64,000 bases of DNA from a virus (taxonomy: Duplodnaviria > Caudoviricetes): IMG/VR virus record IMGVR_UViG_2915650412_000004, positions 11,383-75,382 of that record; one strand, given 5' to 3'. Of the stretch, positions 44,998 through 56,131 are shown one piece after another. A program made the position numbers and the translations under genes. The notes under the pieces were generated by a model, which searched no databases, was not told where the DNA came from, and saw only the letters and a list, made by a program, of their open reading frames with translations. Within the stretch, counting starts at the first letter, position 1; every line of letters begins with the position of its first letter.

Positions 44998-47415
44998 ATG
45001 GCCACTAACCTTGAATCTCTTGTCGTTCAATTTTCTGCCGATTTCAAGCGATTGGAGAACGCTATCAATCGTCAGCGCGGGCAGTTCACGCGGCAGATGC
45101 GCCAGATGGAGAAGTCCGCAGATGTCAGCGTACAGCGTATCAACGCGGCGCTTGGCAATATCGGCAAGGGTACGATGCGAGACCTAGCGGCCCCTTTGAC
45201 CGGCATTACTGCCGCGTTGGGTACGCGAGAGTTGATGCAGTACGCGGATGCTTGGACGCAGGCTGGAAACCTTATCCGCGCGTCCGCGACTGCTGCGGGC
45301 GTTGGTGCTCGGTCGTTGAATGAATTGAAGGACGGGGCGAACGAGGCACGCACCAGTCTGGAGACCTATACGGAGCTTTATGCTCGTCTGATCAGATCTG
45401 CGTCTGGCGTTGCCAAATCCGAAGAAGAGATCGCGCTCGCCACAAATCTGGTCGCCAAGGCGATGAAAGCTGGCGGCGCGTCAGCACAAGAACAGCAAGC
45501 CTCGCTTATCCAGCTTGGTCAGGCACTGGGCTCGGGCGTGCTGCAGGGTGACGAGCTCCGGTCATTGCGTGAAAACGCGCCAGTCATTGCGAAGGCAATC
45601 GCTGACGAATTTAAGGTTTCTATCGCCGGGCTTAAACAGCTTGGCGCCGATGGGAAACTGACGTCCGACCGGGTGTTTAAGGCTATCCTGAACGCTCAGA
45701 AGCCAATCGAAGCCCAGTTCAAAGCAACGAACGCGACGATTGCCGACGCTTTCACTCAGCTCAACAACGAATTCACGGCTTATATCGGCAACGCTGACAA
45801 ATCGGCGGGCGCAAGTGCGCAGTTGGTTCAGGCGCTGCAGTACGTTGCGGACAACTTCAAGGAAATAGCCGACGTCGTCGCCGCCTTCGCGACTGTGCTG
45901 ATTACTGCTTTCACCGGACGGGCAATCGCTGGGGTGGTCGTCGGACTTGGTCAGGCTGTCGTTGCATTGGGCTCATTCCTGACAGCACTTCGCACAGGTA
46001 CGAGCGTAGTTGCAGCGTTCAGCGCGTCTCTCGGCCCGATTGGGCTTCTTGCAGGTGCAGCTGCTGGGGCGGTTTACCTGCTCTACAACAATATGTCGTC
46101 CGGCGATCAAGCCGCTAAATCCTTCAGTGAATCGGTCGATGGGAACAAGGTTGCGCTTGAAAATGCAGCTTCAGCTTCTCGTCAGTACCAGACGGAACTT
46201 GTCAAGCAGATCAGCTTGCAACTTGAGGCGGCCAAAGCAGCCTATGCGCAGGCAGACGCTGACTTTTCGGCGGCGAATGCACGCGCACAAGGCTTTCGAA
46301 AGCTAACTGGGCTCAAGTTCGAGCCACTTGAGTATGCAGCAGACCAAGCATTGGCAAACGCCGACGCTCTCGGTTTTGCAGTCGGGAAGCTGGAAGACCA
46401 GCAGAAAAAGGCTCAGCAGATACTCGCCTCGACGCCATCTGGCTACGGCGGCGGCATCGCGGCTACACCAGACGACAAGAAAAAGGGCCGCACGAAGAAG
46501 ACACCCGCTGAACGGTTCGACGGTGACATTCAGCGTATCGCCGACCGCACCGCCGCACTTGTTGCAGAGACAGAAGCGCAGCGCCAAATCAACCCGCTGA
46601 TAAATGACTATGGCTATGCCATGGAGAAGGCGCGCACGGAGCAGGAACTGCTCAATGCGGCGCAAAAGGCGGGTGTTGCGCTCACTCCGGAACTGCGAGC
46701 ACAAATTGCGCAGACGGCGGACCAGTGGGCGCTTGCCAGTGCCGAGGCTAACAAGCTGGCCGAGGCGCAGAACCGGATCAAAGAAACCGCGGAAGACATG
46801 GCGGCTTTCCAAAAGGATCTGGTCGGTGGGATTGCTAACGATTTTATCAATGGCGCCAGTGCCGCCGAAACCTTTGCTAACGCGCTCGGGAAGATCGCTG
46901 ATAAACTGATTGAAATCGGCCTTGCGAATATCTTCGATACTGACAAAGGCGGCTTCGATTTATTCGGTGCTCTGGGTGGCATCTTCCGTAAAAACGGTGG
47001 ACCGGTAAAGCGCGCAGGCGGTGGCATTGTTCGCGGTCCTGGCGGGCCGCGTGGCGACAAAATCCCGGCGATGCTGAGCGATGAGGAATTCGTCGTAAAT
47101 GCGGCAGCTACGAAGCGCAACCGTGCCTTGCTGGAAGCCATTAACAGCGGTCGTGTCATCGGGCTTAAGGATGGCGGCTCACCTTTGCGCGCGCCATCCA
47201 TGCCGATCCTGCGGTCATCTGCTGCGACGCAGCAAGCGCAATCCGGCATTGCCGACGTTCGTGTCTTTGTGGATCGCGACGGCAACTGGCAGGCCGAGGT
47301 AGAACGCATCTCGCAGCGCAACGTCAAACAGGGACTGGCTTCCTACGACAAGTCTGGAGCCGTTCGAACAGCGCGCGATCTAAGGCAGGTGAACTCGAGA
47401 GGACTGGCAAAGTAA
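44998..47415 (+). CDS. Helper tape measure protein (805 aa)
   Basis: LIQLGQALGSGVLQGDELRS; RGPGGPRGDKIPAMLSDEEFVV. Confidence 0.95.
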   Translation: MATNLESLVVQFSADFKRLENAINRQRGQFTRQMRQMEKSADVSVQRINAALGNIGKGTMRDLAAPLTGITAALGTRELMQYADAWTQAGNLIRASATAAGVGARSLNELKDGANEARTSLETYTELYARLIRSASGVAKSEEEIALATNLVAKAMKAGGASAQEQQASLIQLGQALGSGVLQGDELRSLRENAPVIAKAIADEFKVSIAGLKQLGADGKLTSDRVFKAILNAQKPIEAQFKATNATIADAFTQLNNEFTAYIGNADKSAGASAQLVQALQYVADNFKEIADVVAAFATVLITAFTGRAIAGVVVGLGQAVVALGSFLTALRTGTSVVAAFSASLGPIGLLAGAAAGAVYLLYNNMSSGDQAAKSFSESVDGNKVALENAASASRQYQTELVKQISLQLEAAKAAYAQADADFSAANARAQGFRKLTGLKFEPLEYAADQALANADALGFAVGKLEDQQKKAQQILASTPSGYGGGIAATPDDKKKGRTKKTPAERFDGDIQRIADRTAALVAETEAQRQINPLINDYGYAMEKARTEQELLNAAQKAGVALTPELRAQIAQTADQWALASAEANKLAEAQNRIKETAEDMAAFQKDLVGGIANDFINGASAAETFANALGKIADKLIEIGLANIFDTDKGGFDLFGALGGIFRKNGGPVKRAGGGIVRGPGGPRGDKIPAMLSDEEFVVNAAATKRNRALLEAINSGRVIGLKDGGSPLRAPSMPILRSSAATQQAQSGIADVRVFVDRDGNWQAEVERISQRNVKQGLASYDKSGAVRTARDLRQVNSRGLAK

Positions 47416-48026
47416 TGGCTGAACTACTTCCGACTGGCCTTCGTTATCAGCCGACTTTCCCGGTCTTGAATCGCCCGGTTTCCATGTCTCAGTACGGGGA
47501 TCGGGCGATTTCAGCGATTGAGAACGGCGACCCGTTCTGGACGTGGACTGCGAAAATTACCGACTTGACGAATGCCAAGCGCAATTTGCTCGAGGCGTTC
47601 ATTGATCGTTGTCGGGGTGGGCAGGTTACGGTGCACTATACGCCTAAGCATGTTTGCATCCCGCAAGCCTATTGGGGTGATGCGAACAACTCGGCGATTA
47701 CCGGTACGGCAACTTTGGGCGCGATCAACGGCAACACGCTCACGCTTAACGGCGTGGCAGTTGGTTTGAAGCTGATGAACGGCGACCTGGTTGGCATTAC
47801 GATTGGCGATTACAACTTCATCGCTCGCGTCGTCACGAATGCCACAGCCGCAAGCACAAGCATGCAGGTGAAGATCGAGCCGTTCTTGCCATCTTACATC
47901 ACGGTCGGCGCGACGGTCCGATTCAAGAACCCGGTAATGAACATGCGGCTGATGCCGAAGACGTGGGAAATCGGCGAAGGGAAATTTCCCGATGCGTCGT
48001 TTCAGTTGATTGAGGTGCCGAGGTAG
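47415..48026 (+). CDS. Distal tail protein
   Basis: Follows TMP; beta-rich. Confidence 0.7.
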   Translation: MAELLPTGLRYQPTFPVLNRPVSMSQYGDRAISAIENGDPFWTWTAKITDLTNAKRNLLEAFIDRCRGGQVTVHYTPKHVCIPQAYWGDANNSAITGTATLGAINGNTLTLNGVAVGLKLMNGDLVGITIGDYNFIARVVTNATAASTSMQVKIEPFLPSYITVGATVRFKNPVMNMRLMPKTWEIGEGKFPDASFQLIEVPR

Positions 48027-48031
48027 TCGCC

Positions 48032-48265
48032 CTACCGTTGCCGTCGCGCACGAATAGCGCGAACCCACGTGTTGTTGAACATAATAGCCCCGATGACCAA
48101 CGCGACAGCGCCGATGGCTATCATGCCGATTGCAACGCCCTGGTCTCCGAACTGCTGATATAACCAGCCCGTTTTTTCTACTGATTGGGCTGGATTTCCA
48201 AGGCGAAGAACACCTTGGATCAAGGCACCAAAACCGACAATCAACATGCAAACACTTCTAATCAT
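48032..48265 (-). CDS. Two-TM membrane moron
   Basis: Hydrophobic helices, antisense in tail operon. Confidence 0.55.
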   Translation of the reverse strand: MIRSVCMLIVGFGALIQGVLRLGNPAQSVEKTGWLYQQFGDQGVAIGMIAIGAVALVIGAIMFNNTWVRAIRARRQR

Positions 48266-48326
48266 GCCGGCCAGATATCATCTGGGCGCGGTTCAATCCA
48301 CCCTTTCGATGATTTGGCGGTAACTA

Positions 48327-48893
48327 ATGGCCTTCCCAGCACGTCTACAGCAATTGCTCGACGAGGGCAGGGGCAAGATAGCCTCGGCCGTCAAAGTCGA
48401 ATTCGGTACCGGCACCTATGGCTTTTTCTCTGGCAAGGGGAGCGTGAGTTATGCTGGCCTTACGTACAACGGAAACACGCTGATCGACATCGACGAGCCT
48501 ATGTATGCGCTCGGTACGGCTGCCCAGCCGGTGACGATGCGGTTGCCTGCCGCTGCTGATTTTGAGCTCACACCCGACAAGCTGAAGCTGATTGAGCAGG
48601 AAGACTACAAGAACCGTCCTGTCACGTTCTACGACTTCTATTTCGATCCCGACACGAACGCTTTCCTTCATGCAGAACCGACCTGGTACGGCTATGTCGA
48701 TACCATCGATCACCGCGAGGAAGGCGACAATGTTTGGTTAGAAGGCAATATCGAGACCGGTGCAGTCGACAATTTCCGCGAAGGCTATCGTTATGCCTCG
48801 CACGAGGATCAGCAGCTTGTGTCGCCCGGTGACATGCTTTTCGAGTATGCAGCGAGGATCAAGAATGAATTCTTCAAAATCAAATTCGGCTAG
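48327..48893 (+). CDS. Minor tail protein (hub/gpL-like)
   Basis: Position; RYASHEDQQLVSPGD. Confidence 0.7.
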   Translation: MAFPARLQQLLDEGRGKIASAVKVEFGTGTYGFFSGKGSVSYAGLTYNGNTLIDIDEPMYALGTAAQPVTMRLPAAADFELTPDKLKLIEQEDYKNRPVTFYDFYFDPDTNAFLHAEPTWYGYVDTIDHREEGDNVWLEGNIETGAVDNFREGYRYASHEDQQLVSPGDMLFEYAARIKNEFFKIKFG

Positions 48894-49302
48894 GGTGCAA
48901 GGCTGGGATCGGGCGTTGGAAGACCTTGCGACGGCTCATGTATCGATCACGCCGGAATGGGGCGTTTCAGACTGCCTCATGACTGCCGCCGATGCCATCA
49001 AGGCCGTAACCGGCGAAGATCCGCTTGCGGAGTTTCGCGGCAAGTACAAAACCGAAGCCGGTGCAGCCCGCAAGATGCGCGCCAATGGCTGCGAGAACGT
49101 CAAGGACGTGCTCGAAACCTATCTCCAGTTTGAACCGGTCAATCGGCTCTCTGCTCGCCGTGGCGACGTCGGCGTGATGCTCATCAATGATGAATACGTC
49201 GCCGGGTTCATTTGTGGATCGGGCTTCGCGGTCAAACAGCCGCATGGGCTTAAGTTCTTTCCGGTGACCGATATCGAGCAGGCCTACAAGGTCGGCAGCT
49301 AA
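48865..49302 (+). CDS. NlpC/P60-like tail-associated protein
   Basis: WGVSDCL..AADAI...ARRGDVG; start uncertain. Confidence 0.7.
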   Translation: MNSSKSNSARVQGWDRALEDLATAHVSITPEWGVSDCLMTAADAIKAVTGEDPLAEFRGKYKTEAGAARKMRANGCENVKDVLETYLQFEPVNRLSARRGDVGVMLINDEYVAGFICGSGFAVKQPHGLKFFPVTDIEQAYKVGS

Positions 49303-49377
49303 CCACCACTACAATTTGCGCCTTTCAAGGTCCGCCAGCAGCGGGCCTTTTTTGTTGCGCCTGCATGAGGCCCTCGT

Positions 49378-51978
49378 ATGCCATTTTTAGCCCCGATCGG
49401 CGCCTTTTTCAGCGGCATAGTGACGAGCGTGGCCGCATGGGCCGCAGCAAGCCCGATCCTCGCCGGCATTGCGCAGACAGCCTTCGGCATCGCGCTCAAA
49501 TACGCCGTCAATGCACTGTTTCCCCCTAAAACGCAGAGCCGTGCTTCCGAACTGGAAACGCAATACGGCGCGAATATCCCGCGTTCGGTCATTCTCGGCA
49601 CCTGCGCGACTGAGGGCCACCACATTTACCGGAATAGTTACGGCAGCGGCGGGCGTTTGATACAGGACGTCTTCGTGCTGTCGAGCTTCCGCATCACGGC
49701 TGTGAACCGTGTCCGGTATAACGGGCAATGGCGCGAGCTGGTTGAGCAAGACGCTGACGGCTTTTGGCTGATCCCGAATGAAGGTACGAGCGGCGACGAT
49801 CACGATAATATCAAGGTCAAGTTCTACTACGGCACAATGGATCAGCAAGCTGAACCGACGCTGATCCAGCATTCGCGACCCGCTGGCCGATGGACCGCCG
49901 CGCACCGTGGTGCTGGCGTGGCCTATGCTGTCGTCTGGTCGGAACTCCGTAAGAACGGCGATGGGCTGACATCACCGGCTAAGCTGCTATTCGAAGTTGT
50001 CGGCGCTCCTGAATACGACTGGAGAAAAGATAGCACTGTCGGCGGCTCGGGTTCGCATCGATACGAAGATCAGAACACATGGGAATACTCTGACAATCCA
50101 GCCGTCCATGCCTATAATCTGGAGCGCGGCTTCTTTAACGGATCGCAGCGCATGGTCGGCAAGGCTGTTCGTGCAAGCCGCCTGCCTTTGGCGGAGTATA
50201 CCCAGGCAGCGAACATCTGCGATGAAATCATGTCGGACGGCTCGAAGCGCTATCGTGCGCATGCGATTGCCAAGGACGGCCCCGGTGCGAACCACGATGC
50301 CAACCTTTCGCCTATCCTCGAAGCCATGTGCGGTTCGTGGGTCGAGCGGGTTGACGGTGAGTTCCCGATCGCGGGCGCACCGCAGGCCATTGTTGCGACG
50401 ATTACCGATGCCGATATCAAGCGCGGTGCACCTCTGCGGTTCAGCGCCAAACGCAAGCGTACAGAACTGATCAACACGGTTGCTGCATCTTGGGTTTCGC
50501 CTGATGACTTCTATGAGACGAAGGACGCGGCAACTCGCATTGATGCTGGCGCACTGGCCGAGGACCGGGAAACGCTTGCCAGCGCCATTCCTTATGCTGC
50601 TGTTACTGACGTGCGGCAGGTGGACAGGCTGGCAGATATCGCCATCCGTGGCGCTCGCTATCAGGCATCGGCCGAAATCGTCGTTCATCCGAAGTTCCTC
50701 GACACGATCAAGGAAGGCCGGTGGGTTCGCTGGAATAGCGCCAAGTATGGCGACCGCACATATCAGGTGCTGACCCGGCAGCTTGGCGGGATCAATACGG
50801 ATGGTGCCCGCGATATCTCGATTGCGCTGCAACAGATCAGCAACGGCGTCTTTGATCCGACGGCATATGAAACCAACCCGCCGAATATCATTGTCGTGCC
50901 ACCGCCGCAGTATCTGGCAGAAGTGCAGAACTTCGATGTTATTCCGACGATCGTCAAAGCGGATGGTGCCGGAGAGCTGCCGGGCGCGCGACTGCTGTGG
51001 GATGCGATCGATGATATCTCTGTCGTCGGTGTCGATATCGAATACTGGCCTGCTAACGATCCTAGCCAGGTGTTCAAGCGCTTCGTGACGTGGGATGTGG
51101 TGAATGTTCTTCTGGTTGAAGGCCTGACTTCGCTCACAGACTGGTTCGTTCGGACGCGCTTGCGTGTCGATAATGGCCGCTCGGTGGCGTGGGCTGCTGC
51201 TAGGCCGTTCACGACGCTTGACGCGTCTGGCGATGATAGCCCGGTCGATTATGAGCGGTTAGACGCGGATGTCCAAGGCCTTATCAATTATATGACGGAT
51301 GGTCTGCGCGAACTGAAGCGTCAAGCGCAAGAGCTGGCAACAACCACGGCTGACAATCACAACAGTAATTATGTTGATATTCAACGTATTAGCCGCCAGC
51401 TGTCGAGTACGTTCGGCAGTGCAAAGGCCGAATGGCGCGAAGACATATTTGTCGCCACCGGCCCAAACAGCGCCATAGCGCAGCAATTGAACACATTAAG
51501 TGTGGAGTTGGACGGCAAGGCTGATGCAGAGGCAGTTACACTTCTCCAAACCCGCGTTGATGAAGTTGACGGCGAAGTTTCAGCGATTTCCAATGCGCTG
51601 ACCGAGGTTAACGCATCGGTTGATGGAACTGTATCGAACGCAGCTTGGCGGATGACCGCATCTGCTGGCAGTGGTGGGTATACGTCGAAAATATCTGCTT
51701 TTGCCCGCGTTGGTAACGGAGATGCCTGGAAACAGGCGGGCTGGTTTGTAAACGTGAGCGCCACGCAAAGCCAACTTGTTTTGATGGCCGATCAGGTGGC
51801 GATAGCTGACACCTCAGACCCGAACAACACCACATATCCGTTCGTTTCTCAGAACTCAGAAATCTATATGCAAAGTGTTCGGCTTGGGACGTTGAAGTTT
51901 GATCAGCTGCAATCAAACAACGGGAAACTCATCATTCGAGGATACGGGAACTTTTCGGACATGAGGATATATTCGTAA
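49378..51978 (+). CDS. Tail tip/host-specificity protein (gpJ-like)
   Basis: YGANIPRSVILG, DNPAVHAY, C-terminal coiled coil. Confidence 0.85.
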   Translation: MPFLAPIGAFFSGIVTSVAAWAAASPILAGIAQTAFGIALKYAVNALFPPKTQSRASELETQYGANIPRSVILGTCATEGHHIYRNSYGSGGRLIQDVFVLSSFRITAVNRVRYNGQWRELVEQDADGFWLIPNEGTSGDDHDNIKVKFYYGTMDQQAEPTLIQHSRPAGRWTAAHRGAGVAYAVVWSELRKNGDGLTSPAKLLFEVVGAPEYDWRKDSTVGGSGSHRYEDQNTWEYSDNPAVHAYNLERGFFNGSQRMVGKAVRASRLPLAEYTQAANICDEIMSDGSKRYRAHAIAKDGPGANHDANLSPILEAMCGSWVERVDGEFPIAGAPQAIVATITDADIKRGAPLRFSAKRKRTELINTVAASWVSPDDFYETKDAATRIDAGALAEDRETLASAIPYAAVTDVRQVDRLADIAIRGARYQASAEIVVHPKFLDTIKEGRWVRWNSAKYGDRTYQVLTRQLGGINTDGARDISIALQQISNGVFDPTAYETNPPNIIVVPPPQYLAEVQNFDVIPTIVKADGAGELPGARLLWDAIDDISVVGVDIEYWPANDPSQVFKRFVTWDVVNVLLVEGLTSLTDWFVRTRLRVDNGRSVAWAAARPFTTLDASGDDSPVDYERLDADVQGLINYMTDGLRELKRQAQELATTTADNHNSNYVDIQRISRQLSSTFGSAKAEWREDIFVATGPNSAIAQQLNTLSVELDGKADAEAVTLLQTRVDEVDGEVSAISNALTEVNASVDGTVSNAAWRMTASAGSGGYTSKISAFARVGNGDAWKQAGWFVNVSATQSQLVLMADQVAIADTSDPNNTTYPFVSQNSEIYMQSVRLGTLKFDQLQSNNGKLIIRGYGNFSDMRIYS

Positions 51979-53549
51979 TGGTTCAGCTGTTCATTGGTCA
52001 CAAGCCCGGTGTCGGCGCGGTTCTGAAGTGTCTGAAGTACGACACCGACGACGCTCTGACGCTGGCGAACAACGCATATGAGCGGCTCTACTTCAATTCA
52101 GAAAATCAGAAGCTCAGCTATGTATTCCCGGCTGATGCCTTTTATTTTCGGAATGCCGAACTGTCAGGGTTGCCGGAAGGTGTGTTTAGCGTCAATCAGG
52201 GTAAAATAGTTGGCCGAAAAACCACGTTCGGTTCATTTTACGACGTGACGATTTTCTATAAGATCAATGCGGTATACCCTGAATTGACCTATCCGCCCAT
52301 TCCCGAAGTCCGGCGAAAAGACCTGAACAATGGAAGAACGGAAGCCAGTGTTCTTGACGTGACAACGTACAGTGCAGGTGGCGGACTAATCGAAGCATAT
52401 CAATACCGTTATCAAATGGTCCGTGTTGCATCATTTGACACGGCATCATCAACCCAGACGCTCGTATCATCCTATAATGGCAAAGTAATCAGCGCTATGA
52501 GCGGCCAAGTGGCATTGGGCTCGCTTGTCTTGCCGATCGACGGCGGTAGCGCCTATTTTGACGACAGACGGGCCTTTGTGACTTACCCCAGCATTTGGGA
52601 CTTGCCGGCTGATAGTTCGCCAATGCGATCATACGCCTATCAGCCAGACCTTTTGATGCTGGAAGCATCGCAATCCCGCTTCACTTTGGCGTTCCCTGGG
52701 CATTCAATTTATGACACGGGCCTCCACACCAAGATAATCGACAGCGAGCGCTCGCCTGCGCTTTGCATCATGAACGGTGTTCGGAACAACATTGCTGCCG
52801 GTACAAGCGTCACCATCCCCGCGCCTCCGGGTGTGATCTTATCCGAACGATTGATTATGGATTTCATATTCCGTGGCGTTGGGGATGACTGGTGGGTTCC
52901 AAGCCGGATACCGTACAGTTTATCAGCCGGGCGACGGAGCATCTATTATACGGTGCAGTCCAACTCCATTACGATTTACAACGATGGGGAAGCATCTATC
53001 GATGTCCGGTATGTTGTTTTCAATGCCGATGACAATGGCAACTCATCCGGGGGCAATCTTGTCATGTTCAGCGCGAACGACGGGGAGCGTGATTTTACGC
53101 AGATAAAGGTCCCCGGTTCGAGCGATCCAGCGTCGAGGCCGAATGACATATTATTCGACACCCGGTTCCCGTCGTTTCAAATTATCGGTGAGGGATTTAT
53201 CCCCATTGAGAGTTTTTATGACACACCGGCTATTGAGAAAAATCTTGGAACCAAAAAAATTGATTTGCCGTTCACCAATGGCGGATTAACGCCGTATCTA
53301 AAATTCTCGATTGTGTTTCCGAACTGCATGACAACGCCATTCTGGTCATATCAAATTGAGGCTGGCGGCAATTCCAGCTCTTCAAATGTATCTGTATTGG
53401 CCAGACTTCGCGATAACAACGTTACTTTCTGGTCTTCACCAGGCAATTGGTCCCGAAAAGGGACCGACAGTACGGGGAAAGTGGAGTTCCATTACGATCT
53501 CCCTGATCCCGTTGGCGTTCGGTACTACCTTTTCGGCATCTCGCAATAA
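51978..53549 (+). CDS. Putative receptor-binding/tail protein
   Basis: Coupled to gpJ-like gene; beta-rich. Confidence 0.65.
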   Translation: MVQLFIGHKPGVGAVLKCLKYDTDDALTLANNAYERLYFNSENQKLSYVFPADAFYFRNAELSGLPEGVFSVNQGKIVGRKTTFGSFYDVTIFYKINAVYPELTYPPIPEVRRKDLNNGRTEASVLDVTTYSAGGGLIEAYQYRYQMVRVASFDTASSTQTLVSSYNGKVISAMSGQVALGSLVLPIDGGSAYFDDRRAFVTYPSIWDLPADSSPMRSYAYQPDLLMLEASQSRFTLAFPGHSIYDTGLHTKIIDSERSPALCIMNGVRNNIAAGTSVTIPAPPGVILSERLIMDFIFRGVGDDWWVPSRIPYSLSAGRRSIYYTVQSNSITIYNDGEASIDVRYVVFNADDNGNSSGGNLVMFSANDGERDFTQIKVPGSSDPASRPNDILFDTRFPSFQIIGEGFIPIESFYDTPAIEKNLGTKKIDLPFTNGGLTPYLKFSIVFPNCMTTPFWSYQIEAGGNSSSSNVSVLARLRDNNVTFWSSPGNWSRKGTDSTGKVEFHYDLPDPVGVRYYLFGISQ

Positions 53550-53568
53550 ACTCACATAGGAAAATGAC

Positions 53569-54603
53569 ATGGCTGTTCTGTCGGATTACACTTCTGGCAC
53601 GATAACGCTTGCCAATGGTTCAACCAATGTCACCGGCACCGGTACACTGTTTGATGTGGCAAAGTTTCGTGAAGGCGACACACTGCAAATCCAAAACCTG
53701 ACGGCTATAATTGCCAGTGTCGATAGCAACACGCAGTTGACATTGATTGAGCCGTGGACGGGTGCAGATCTAATTGATGCGCCTTATCGGGCTAGATACT
53801 TGCCAGACGGCGCACGTGTCACCGCTCAAACCACCACCCTGATAGAGCTGCTCGGCAATGGTGTGCTGTCCAACATTGCCGAATTGCCCGTTGAGGACGG
53901 CAAGCTTATTATCGGTAACGCTGCCGGGCAATATGTGCCAATCAGTAAAGACGAGCTTGGCATCCAAGACCCGAATGGCAGCCTTGGTAAGCTGGCTGGG
54001 TTGACGCTTATCGGGAACCGTCTGTTAACGACAGATGCGAATGGAGATATTTCGCTATCCGCCAATGCGGGCGAGGTCGTTATGCTTCCCGGCAGCACAA
54101 TACCGTCAGATCGTCGGTTGTTGAAACTGAATGGTTCGACTATTAGCCGAACCTCATACAATGACCTGTTTCAATATGCTGGCGATAGCGGATCTTTAGC
54201 TGCGCAGGGAAGCAAAACCCCGGCTCAATTTGGTACAGGTGATGGCTCATCAACATTCACATTACCAGACTGGCGAGGCTACTTCATCCGTGCATGGGAC
54301 GATGGGCGAGGGATTGATGTGGGGCGCTTGATGTCAGCTATTCAGGCGGCGGCTATGCAAAATCACCATCACGAACTGCCGTTTGGTTTTGATGGAAATG
54401 TTACTTGGCCTGCTATTTTTGATAGTACAACAACAGAGCCAGCATTTGGATCATCTATAAGATCTGTTAATAGAACTCAAGGTTCTCACGCATCTGGAGC
54501 TGCAATTTCTACAAGCAGGGTGGCGTGGTCTTCTCAGGAAATTATTGACGGTGGAGAGACGCGACCTATCAACTTGGCCGCTTTGTTTGCAATAAGGTAT
54601 TGA
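53569..54603 (+). CDS. Tail fibre with tail-collar domain
   Basis: GDGSSTFTLPDWRGYFIRAWDDGRGID...GETRPIN. Confidence 0.9.
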   Translation: MAVLSDYTSGTITLANGSTNVTGTGTLFDVAKFREGDTLQIQNLTAIIASVDSNTQLTLIEPWTGADLIDAPYRARYLPDGARVTAQTTTLIELLGNGVLSNIAELPVEDGKLIIGNAAGQYVPISKDELGIQDPNGSLGKLAGLTLIGNRLLTTDANGDISLSANAGEVVMLPGSTIPSDRRLLKLNGSTISRTSYNDLFQYAGDSGSLAAQGSKTPAQFGTGDGSSTFTLPDWRGYFIRAWDDGRGIDVGRLMSAIQAAAMQNHHHELPFGFDGNVTWPAIFDSTTTEPAFGSSIRSVNRTQGSHASGAAISTSRVAWSSQEIIDGGETRPINLAALFAIRY

Positions 54604-54611
54604 GGCTCATT

Positions 54612-55106
54612 ATGCTTGTTTATCAAACAGACTATACCGGCGACGGGCGCTTTGTTGGCACCATTGATGCTGATCCAGACCCGATGCGTAAGGGTGAATG
54701 GCTCATTCCTGCCGGGGCTGTGACTGTCGAGCCGCCGTTGGTAGAATATCCAGCATATGCCCGCTGGGCTGGCGAAGCGTGGGAGGTTTATACACCGCCA
54801 GAGCCGGAGCCAGACCCGGAATTTCCGGCACAAGAGCCTACTGTCGAAGACTACCGCGCTGCTATTCAATCCCTGATCGACGGTAAAGCGCAGGAAAAGC
54901 AGTACGACAGCGGCGCAACGCTCGCCAGCTATGTCAATTCGACAATTCCGCAATGGGCGGCAGAGGCAACGGCCTTTGTCGCATGGCGCGATCAGGTCTG
55001 GGCCTATGCGCTGGCAGAACTGGACAAGGTGCAGAACGGTCAGCGTGAGCAGCCAAGCGTGGAAGCGTTTCTGGCTGAGCTGCCGGTGTTTGAGTGGCCT
55101 GAATAA
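54612..55106 (+). CDS. Tail fibre assembly-like protein
   Basis: ADPDP...WLIPAGA...PP; AEA.AFVAWRD.VW. Confidence 0.75.
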   Translation: MLVYQTDYTGDGRFVGTIDADPDPMRKGEWLIPAGAVTVEPPLVEYPAYARWAGEAWEVYTPPEPEPDPEFPAQEPTVEDYRAAIQSLIDGKAQEKQYDSGATLASYVNSTIPQWAAEATAFVAWRDQVWAYALAELDKVQNGQREQPSVEAFLAELPVFEWPE

Positions 55107-55722
55107 CCCTCCCCACAATCTGACTGACCGCACAGCCCTTGAGGTGCTTTCACATACCAAAAGAAAACCCCGGCTGGGTGATGATCAGCCGGGGTTACGC
55201 ATCGGTGGAGGCATGGGCAGCTAGCGCTGATGCGCTCTTTACTTTAGCACATGCTTGAAAAGTAAAACGCCTCTCTATCGACAGCTATCTTCCCGTGTCT
55301 TACCGGATCATTTTGATGTCGTTCGGTATACCTTCGATGCGCCCACATACCGGCCAAGGTTGATAACTGTTCCGCTTCTCGAAGCCCGCTATTGGCAAGT
55401 GTCAAAGCGCCGGTCTCGACAAAGCCATGCCGATACATATTGCAACCTGAAAAAGAATAACCCCGGCTTGATCGCTCTAGCCGGGGATGCGCTAGCTTGA
55501 TGGTCACATCTCACCGTCGCGCATCAAACATCCCACAAAAATAGGAAAACACAAACAAAAACCCCGGCCATGGTGCCGGGGTTGTGGTCCAATGCGGTGT
55601 TACAATTTACGGCGGTGGTTTATGTAATACCGGATCTCTTTCCAGCCGATAAAAGTTAACACATATGACAGCGCGGCAAGAATAGCCGCTTCAATTATAA
55701 GAAACCCAATCATGATGCGACA

Positions 55723-56025
55723 TCAAGCCTGAACTAGGCCGCCTCCTGATTTTTTGCCCTTCATCCATGGAAGCGCGACTTCTGGCTCTTCAAGAATTCC
55801 GGTCTTCTTGGCGAAACCTCGAATCGCGCTCTCGGCTGCTTCCACTGGTTTGATGCCATCGTGGCTATCGCAGCACGCTTTCCAAGCGGTTTCATAAATG
55901 AGACCTCGGTCGTATTCGGGCCATTCATAAAGAAAATCGAAAGCATCCCCGAGGCTAGCAATTTCTCGAACAAGGTAAGGGCCGTCCTTCACGAAAATTG
56001 GACTGTCAAACAAACGGTCGCTCAT
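55723..56025 (-). CDS. DUF982-family protein
   Basis: MSDRLFDSPI...DAFDFLYEWP...A..AC; GGAGG RBS. Confidence 0.75.
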   Translation of the reverse strand: MSDRLFDSPIFVKDGPYLVREIASLGDAFDFLYEWPEYDRGLIYETAWKACCDSHDGIKPVEAAESAIRGFAKKTGILEEPEVALPWMKGKKSGGGLVQA

Positions 56026-56131
56026 CGAAACCTCCATTTGATCGAACGAAAAAGTTGGAATGACGGCATCGATTTAGTGATCGCTCTGGCGGTTTCAAGA
56101 ACCCTTTATTCTTAAATTTCAGGACATCCCC

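Noticed and set aside
55244-55507. 87-aa minus-strand ORF as listed
   Set aside because: Spans a terminator hairpin at 55461-55486; only the shorter 55244-55438 version is plausible
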